Origin: Candidatus Omnitrophota bacterium
GTDB taxonomy: Bacteria > Omnitrophota > Gorgyraeia > Tantalellales > Tantalellaceae
Reading direction: 5' to 3'
DNA length: 64,000 nucleotides
NCBI GenBank assembly: GCA_007135805.1
Contig: SLID01000099.1
Coordinates: 1,882-65,881, forward strand
This document shows, piece by piece, positions 58,846-64,000 of the stretch. Under the pieces are notes generated by a model, which did not search any database, was not told the DNA's origin, and saw only the letters and a list, made by a program, of their open reading frames with translations. Each line of letters begins with the position of its first letter. Positions within the stretch are counted from its first letter, which is position 1. The position numbers were made by a program, and so were the translations under genes.

Positions 58846-60189
58846 ATGAATGATGTAAAAGATACATCCGGCGGCGAAGTAATAACGAACGTTGCCCTCA
58901 AGGATATAGCGAATCTTTCAAAGCGCAGGGGGTTCATCTTCCAGAATTCCGAGATATACGGCGGGATAGGGAGTGTATGGGATTACGGCCCTCTCGGCAT
59001 TGAACTCAAGAACAATGTCAAAGCCGAGTGGTGGAAAAGCATGGTCTACGACCGGGACGATGTGGAGGGGCTTGACGCGGCGATAATAATGAACCCCGAA
59101 ACATGGAAAGCGTCGGGGCATGTGTCTTCTTTTGCCGATCTTCTCGCCGACTGTCTTGAATGTAAGAAGAGGTTCAGGACCGACAAGATACAAGGGGAAT
59201 CCTGTCCCGAGTGCGGGGGTAAACTTACCGAGCCCAGAAGTTTTGATCTTATGTTCAAGACGCGGGTCGGTTCGGTGGAGGGAGAGGCTCTTGATATTTA
59301 CCTGAGACCCGAGACGGCCCAGGGTATCTTTGTCAATTTTTCCAACATATTGAACTCGTCAAGGCAAAAACCGCCTTTTGGCGTTGCCCAGATAGGCAAA
59401 TCTTTCCGGAACGAGATAACCACCGGTAACTTTACGTTCCGCAGCAGAGAGTTTGAACAGATGGAGCTGGAGTTCTTTGTCAAACCCGGAGAAGATGAAC
59501 AGTGGTATGAGTACTGGGTAGAGGCCAGGTTCAACTGGTATATCGGCCTCGGCATTAAAAAAGAGAACCTGCGCCTCAGGGAACATGCCCCGGACGAGCT
59601 GGCGCATTACGCCAAGAAATGCCACGACGTGGAGTTCCTTTTCCCCATGGGATGGTCTGAACTTGAAGGTATAGCTAACCGTACGGATTACGACCTTAAG
59701 CAGCATTCTTCTCTCAGCGGCCAGGAACTCAACTATTTTGACGACGCTACGGGGGAAAGGTACGTGCCTTATGTGATAGAGCCCTCGGGAGGCGTGGACA
59801 GAGCCGTCCTGGCGTTCCTTATCAACGCTTACAGGACAGAAACGGTACGAGACAGGAAAAGGACATATCTTTCATTTGATAACCGCCTGGCGCCGATAAA
59901 AGCGGCTGTGCTCCCGCTTCTTAAGAACAAACCGGAGATAGTGGAAATGGCTCACCGGATAAGGGATGACATAAGAGGCGTTTACAGGGTCGTATATGAC
60001 GACACCGCTTCGATAGGCAGATTATACAGGAGACAGGACGAGATAGGGACGCCGTATTGTATTACGGTAGACGTCGAATCGCTCGAGGACGGAAAAGTGA
60101 CCGTAAGGGAAAGGGACAGCATGGACCAGGTCCGCCTGGAGGCGTCGGCGCTCAAGAATTTTTTAAAGGACAAACTGGAGAACTGTTAA
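58846..60189 (+). CDS. glyQS: Glycine--tRNA ligase (alpha2 dimeric, archaeal/eukaryotic-like type)
   Basis: ATG 58846 is in frame with track ORF 58825. RRGFIFQNSEIYGG and FRNEITTGNFTFRSREFEQMELEFF class II motifs. Confidence 0.9.
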   Translation: MNDVKDTSGGEVITNVALKDIANLSKRRGFIFQNSEIYGGIGSVWDYGPLGIELKNNVKAEWWKSMVYDRDDVEGLDAAIIMNPETWKASGHVSSFADLLADCLECKKRFRTDKIQGESCPECGGKLTEPRSFDLMFKTRVGSVEGEALDIYLRPETAQGIFVNFSNILNSSRQKPPFGVAQIGKSFRNEITTGNFTFRSREFEQMELEFFVKPGEDEQWYEYWVEARFNWYIGLGIKKENLRLREHAPDELAHYAKKCHDVEFLFPMGWSELEGIANRTDYDLKQHSSLSGQELNYFDDATGERYVPYVIEPSGGVDRAVLAFLINAYRTETVRDRKRTYLSFDNRLAPIKAAVLPLLKNKPEIVEMAHRIRDDIRGVYRVVYDDTASIGRLYRRQDEIGTPYCITVDVESLEDGKVTVRERDSMDQVRLEASALKNFLKDKLENC

Positions 60190-60213
60190 CCAAAGAAGGA
60201 GGAAACGAGAGAG

Positions 60214-62997
60214 ATGGTAAAGAAAACAGCGATCAAGAAAACAGCATCAAAGACGGGAAAAAGTTCCAAAACTAAACATGTGTATTTCTTCGGGGGTGGC
60301 AGTGCCGACGGCAACGGGTCCATGAAGAATCTGCTTGGTGGAAAGGGAGCCAATCTTGCCGAGATGGCGGGGCACCCTTCGCTTAAACTGCCTGTTCCGC
60401 CCGGATTCACCATAACCACAGACGTCTGCACCCACTTCTACAAGTCGGGCAAAAAGTACCCCTCGGGCCTTGTTGAGCAGGTCGACGGGGCGATGAGAAA
60501 GATCGAGAAGGTCATGGGCAAGAAGTTCGGGAACCCGGAAAACCCCCTTCTTGTTTCCGTGAGGTCGGGCGCCAGGATATCGATGCCGGGTATGATGGAG
60601 ACGGTGCTCAATGTAGGGCTCACTACCAAGACCATACCGGGTCTTATAAAAAAGACCGGTAACGAAAGATTTGTATATGACGCGTACCGGCGTCTCATGA
60701 CCATGTATTCTGACGTGGTTATGGAAAAAAGCGCCGGTATCGAACCGGCCGAGGGTAAAGGTATAAGGCAGCAGCTCGAAAAAATACTTGAGGCCGCGAA
60801 AAAAGCCAAAGGTGTGGAGCTGGATACCGACCTTGACACGGAAGACCTCAAAAAGATCTGCGCTAAATACAAGGCCAAGATCAAACAGGTCATCGGCAAA
60901 GATTTTCCTGACACCGCGGAAGAACAGCTTTGGGGCGGTATAGGAGCGGTTTTTTCATCGTGGAACGGCAAAAGGGCCAAATCTTACCGGCAGATAGAGA
61001 ACATTCCCCACGAGTGGGGCACCGCGGTCAATGTTCAGTCCATGGTATTCGGCAACATGGGTAAAAACTCCTCCACCGGAGTAGCTTTCACCCGTAATCC
61101 CGGAAACGGCGATAACAAGTTTTACGGTGAGTACCTTGTCGATGCCCAGGGCGAGGATGTCGTTGCCGGAACAAGGACCCCGGGCCCTATCAACGTAAAT
61201 TCGCTCAATGATCAGAATAGGAAAGAACCTATGCTTGAGAAGATCATGCCGGCGGCTTATAAGGAGCTCGACAAGATACAGAAACGCCTGGAAAAACATT
61301 ACCGTGACATGCAGGACCTGGAATTCACCATTGAGAACGGTGAGCTTTTTATCCTGCAGACCAGAGTGGGAAAGAGGAACGGTCCCGCCGCTATCAAGAT
61401 AGCGGTGGATATGGTAAAAGAAAAGTTGATATCGAAAGAAGTGGCAGTAATGAGAGTGAAACCGTCCCAGCTTGACGAGATGCTTCATCCCATTATTGAC
61501 CCCAAGGTAGAAAAGAAAGAGAAACCCTTTGTGAAAGGCCTTCCGGCCGGTCCGGGCGGAGCTTCGGGCACCATAGTTTTTGATTCGGACGTGGCTGTTG
61601 AAGAAGCCGCCAAAGGTAAAAAGGTGATACTTGTAAGAGAAGAGACCAACCCTGAGGATGTTGAAGGCATGAGAGCCGCTGTGGCTATCCTTACCGCGAG
61701 AGGGGGGATGACAAGTCACGCTGCCCTGGTTGCCAGAGGGTGGGGTAAATGCTGTATAGTCGGCTGCGGCGACCTTAAAATAGACTCTAAGGCGAAGACC
61801 GTCAAGGTCGGAGATATCGTTCTGCGCAAAGGCGACAGCATAACTCTTAACGGCACCAAAGGGCTTGTGTACCGTGGGACGCTTCCCATGATAGACGCCA
61901 CTAAAGAGAACCGTTCCCTGAACGACTTTCTCAGTATATGTGACTCTGTCAGAAAGCTGCGGATAAGGACCAATGCCGATACTCCCGAGGATGCCCGCAA
62001 AGCCCGAGAGTTCGGCGCCGAAGGTATAGGTCTTTTCAGGATGGAACACATGTTCTACGGCGAAGGTTCGGACGTGCCTCTTTTCAAGCTCCGGAAGATG
62101 ATACTTTCCGATACTGAAAAAGAAAGAAGAGCGGCGCTGAAGGGACTTTTCTCCCACATGAAGAGCGATATTAAAAAGACGCTCAAGGCAATGGACGGTT
62201 TTCCCGTGACCATACGTCTTCTGGACCCTCCTCTTCATGAATTCGTTCCCCATCAGAAAGAACAGCTCGCGGAATTGGCGAAGAGCCTTAAGGTGGACCG
62301 GAAGACCCTGGGTGACAGGATCGCGAAACTTAAGGAAAGTAACCCCATGATGGGACACAGGGGTGTACGTCTCGGAGTAACATACGCGGAGGTCACGGAG
62401 ACAGAGGCCAGGGCTATTCTTGAGGCCACGGCGGAACTTCTGGCCGCTAAATGCAGGGTATCTCCAGAGATAATGATACCGGTGGTGAGCGTGGACGCCG
62501 AGATAGTTGACCAGGAAGCGATAATAAGGCGTGTGTACAAGGAAGTTTGCGAAAAGTACGGAGTAAAGAAACTTCCCGTGATGGTGGGGACTATGATAGA
62601 GATCCCCCGAGCGGCTCTTACCGCCGGCAAGATCGCGAACGTGGCCGAGTTCTTTTCTTTCGGGACCAACGACCTTACCCAGATGTCGTACGGATTTTCA
62701 CGGGACGACATGGGAGGGTTTCTCGTGCCTTACCTTGAGAAAAAAATACTCAAGGAAGACCCTTTCCAGTCCCTTGACCAGGAAGGTGTTGGCGAACTCA
62801 TAAGTATCGGCATAGAGCGCGGAAGAAAGACCCGTCCGGGCCTTAAGGTCGGTATTTGCGGTGAGCACGGCGGGGATCCGGCTTCCATAAATTTCTGTTA
62901 CAAAGCCGGTATGGATTACGTAAGCTGTTCTCCGTTCCGCGTGCCCATAGCGCGGCTTGCCGCGGCTCAGGCCAGTGTTTCGGAAAAAGCGGGATAA
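60214..62997 (+). CDS. ppdK: Pyruvate, phosphate dikinase
   Basis: 927 aa. VYFFGGG...GNGSMKNLLGGKGANLAEM start, catalytic His region GGMTSHAALVARGWG, PEP-utilising C-terminus. Carries a 20-aa lysine-rich N-terminal extension. Confidence 0.95.
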   Translation: MVKKTAIKKTASKTGKSSKTKHVYFFGGGSADGNGSMKNLLGGKGANLAEMAGHPSLKLPVPPGFTITTDVCTHFYKSGKKYPSGLVEQVDGAMRKIEKVMGKKFGNPENPLLVSVRSGARISMPGMMETVLNVGLTTKTIPGLIKKTGNERFVYDAYRRLMTMYSDVVMEKSAGIEPAEGKGIRQQLEKILEAAKKAKGVELDTDLDTEDLKKICAKYKAKIKQVIGKDFPDTAEEQLWGGIGAVFSSWNGKRAKSYRQIENIPHEWGTAVNVQSMVFGNMGKNSSTGVAFTRNPGNGDNKFYGEYLVDAQGEDVVAGTRTPGPINVNSLNDQNRKEPMLEKIMPAAYKELDKIQKRLEKHYRDMQDLEFTIENGELFILQTRVGKRNGPAAIKIAVDMVKEKLISKEVAVMRVKPSQLDEMLHPIIDPKVEKKEKPFVKGLPAGPGGASGTIVFDSDVAVEEAAKGKKVILVREETNPEDVEGMRAAVAILTARGGMTSHAALVARGWGKCCIVGCGDLKIDSKAKTVKVGDIVLRKGDSITLNGTKGLVYRGTLPMIDATKENRSLNDFLSICDSVRKLRIRTNADTPEDARKAREFGAEGIGLFRMEHMFYGEGSDVPLFKLRKMILSDTEKERRAALKGLFSHMKSDIKKTLKAMDGFPVTIRLLDPPLHEFVPHQKEQLAELAKSLKVDRKTLGDRIAKLKESNPMMGHRGVRLGVTYAEVTETEARAILEATAELLAAKCRVSPEIMIPVVSVDAEIVDQEAIIRRVYKEVCEKYGVKKLPVMVGTMIEIPRAALTAGKIANVAEFFSFGTNDLTQMSYGFSRDDMGGFLVPYLEKKILKEDPFQSLDQEGVGELISIGIERGRKTRPGLKVGICGEHGGDPASINFCYKAGMDYVSCSPFRVPIARLAAAQASVSEKAG

Positions 62998-63008
62998 ACC
63001 CGCGTTAC

Positions 63009-63044
63009 CCCGAGCGTATCCCGGCTGGCCGGGATACGCTCGGG
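63009..63044. other. Perfect 17-bp inverted repeat hairpin immediately 3' of ppdK
   Basis: CCCGAGCGTATCCCGGC-tg-GCCGGGATACGCTCGGG. There is no U-tract on either strand. Confidence 0.8.
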
Positions 63045-63068
63045 AAAACAATAAGAGAGGGGAAAAAG

Positions 63069-63932
63069 ATGGATGCCATAAAACTTTATCTTAAGGATAT
63101 CCGGGACCTTCCTCTTCTTACGGCTGAGGAGGAGAAAGAACTGGCCTTGAAAATAAGGAAAGGCAACAAGAAAGCCCGCCAGAAGATGATAAAAAGTAAC
63201 CTGAGGCTCGTCATCAACATAGCGAAAAAATACAGTTACCTCGGGGTTCCCATGCTTGACCTTATAGAAGAGGGTAACCTTGGCCTCATGAAAGCCGTGA
63301 CCAAGTATGATCCGGACAGGGGATACCGCTTCAGCACTTACGCGGCGTGGTGGATAAAACAGTACATAACCAGGGCCGTGGCCAACCAGGGTAAGACCGT
63401 TCGCATCCCTGTATATGTCATGGAAATGCTGATGAGGTTCCAGAAGGTCAAGAAGCAACTTGCCCAGAAACACAAGAGCGCTCCCCAGATGAAAGATATC
63501 GCGAAAAAGATGAAGCTTCCCCTTTCGCGTGTAAAACAGCTCAACCATATGGCCTCGAGCGTAGCCAGCCTGAACGCGCCGATAGGGGAATCGGGAGATT
63601 CCGAGTTCATGGACCTCATAGAGGACGAAAGCATAGTCAACTCGGTAGATGAACTGTCCAAATTCATGCTCCATGAAAGGATAGAGGGCCTTCTTCAAAA
63701 GATGACGGACAGGGAAAGAAAGATACTCACCCTCAGGTTCGGCCTGGGCGAGGACGGAGCCACCCATACCTTGAGGGACACTGCCAAACATTTCGGCATA
63801 ACCCGCGAAAGGGTAAGGCAGATAGAGGTATCCTGCATGCAGAAACTCCGGAAGATGATGGAAGAACAGGAGAAAAAATCTCTGGAGAAGATGCGTAAGA
63901 AGTCTAAAAAAACAAAAAGATCTTCCCGGTAA
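63069..63932 (+). CDS. RNA polymerase sigma factor, sigma-70 family (regions 2-4 only, short form)
   Basis: 287 aa. Region 2 motifs LIEEGNLGLMKAVTKYDPDRGYRFSTYAAWWIKQYI. Region 4 HTH TLRDTAKHFGITRERVRQIEVSCMQKL. Lysine-rich C-terminal tail. Confidence 0.85.
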   Translation: MDAIKLYLKDIRDLPLLTAEEEKELALKIRKGNKKARQKMIKSNLRLVINIAKKYSYLGVPMLDLIEEGNLGLMKAVTKYDPDRGYRFSTYAAWWIKQYITRAVANQGKTVRIPVYVMEMLMRFQKVKKQLAQKHKSAPQMKDIAKKMKLPLSRVKQLNHMASSVASLNAPIGESGDSEFMDLIEDESIVNSVDELSKFMLHERIEGLLQKMTDRERKILTLRFGLGEDGATHTLRDTAKHFGITRERVRQIEVSCMQKLRKMMEEQEKKSLEKMRKKSKKTKRSSR

Positions 63933-64000
63933 CGGCCCAGGCCGCGCGTAGATCTCGGAAAATCCAGAACAACAGAAATGCTAGATGTGATATATCGCCC

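Overview
This window is a 64-kb bacterial chromosomal segment of about 50% GC. Essentially every gene is on the + strand, and the long minus-strand ORFs are antisense shadows of + strand genes. The content is mostly core metabolism and information processing.

Gene content, in order:
- A glycogen cluster: a GH57 glycosidase (5'-truncated at the window edge), a DUF4912-like protein, a GH57 branching enzyme, an H1-like/DUF2934 protein and glgC.
- A PurF-like protein with no canonical start codon upstream of the TTG (residue 2 is Ser where PurF has Cys1).
- gap-pgk-tpiA-secG.
- A five-gene peptide/Opp-type ABC transporter.
- leuCDB-asd-truA.
- rplM-rpsI.
- A continuous biosynthetic supercluster, argCJBDFGH - lysA-dapF-dapA-dapB-dapL - folK-panC-nadA-nadX.
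- A Na/Pi cotransporter/PhoU fusion and an IMPDH-family protein.
- dnaE, hup, hisS, aspS.
- phoH-pgpH(7TM-HD)-ybeY-dgkA::PAP2.
- A DUF502 protein, recO, glyQS, ppdK and a sigma-70-family factor.
- Several sigma70-like promoters and one clear intrinsic terminator are visible.

I did not find CRISPR, mobile elements, tRNA/rRNA or an obvious defence island. The parts the ORF track does not explain are concentrated in the 22.8-24.2 kb intergenic island:
- A ~125-nt dispersed sequence element with a second copy at 42.2 kb.
- A 4.2-copy 61-bp tandem array ending in a conserved GC hairpin motif, which recurs at 8.65 kb with compensatory stem changes.
- A hidden sub-60-aa gene pair: an AbrB/SpoVT-fold protein plus an overlapping 59-aa basic ORF. 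They sit behind a consensus promoter carrying three 11-bp-phased TACTTG repeats.

Other curiosities are a DgkA-PAP2 fusion, lysine-rich N-terminal tags shared by unrelated proteins, and structured leaders upstream of leuC and argC.
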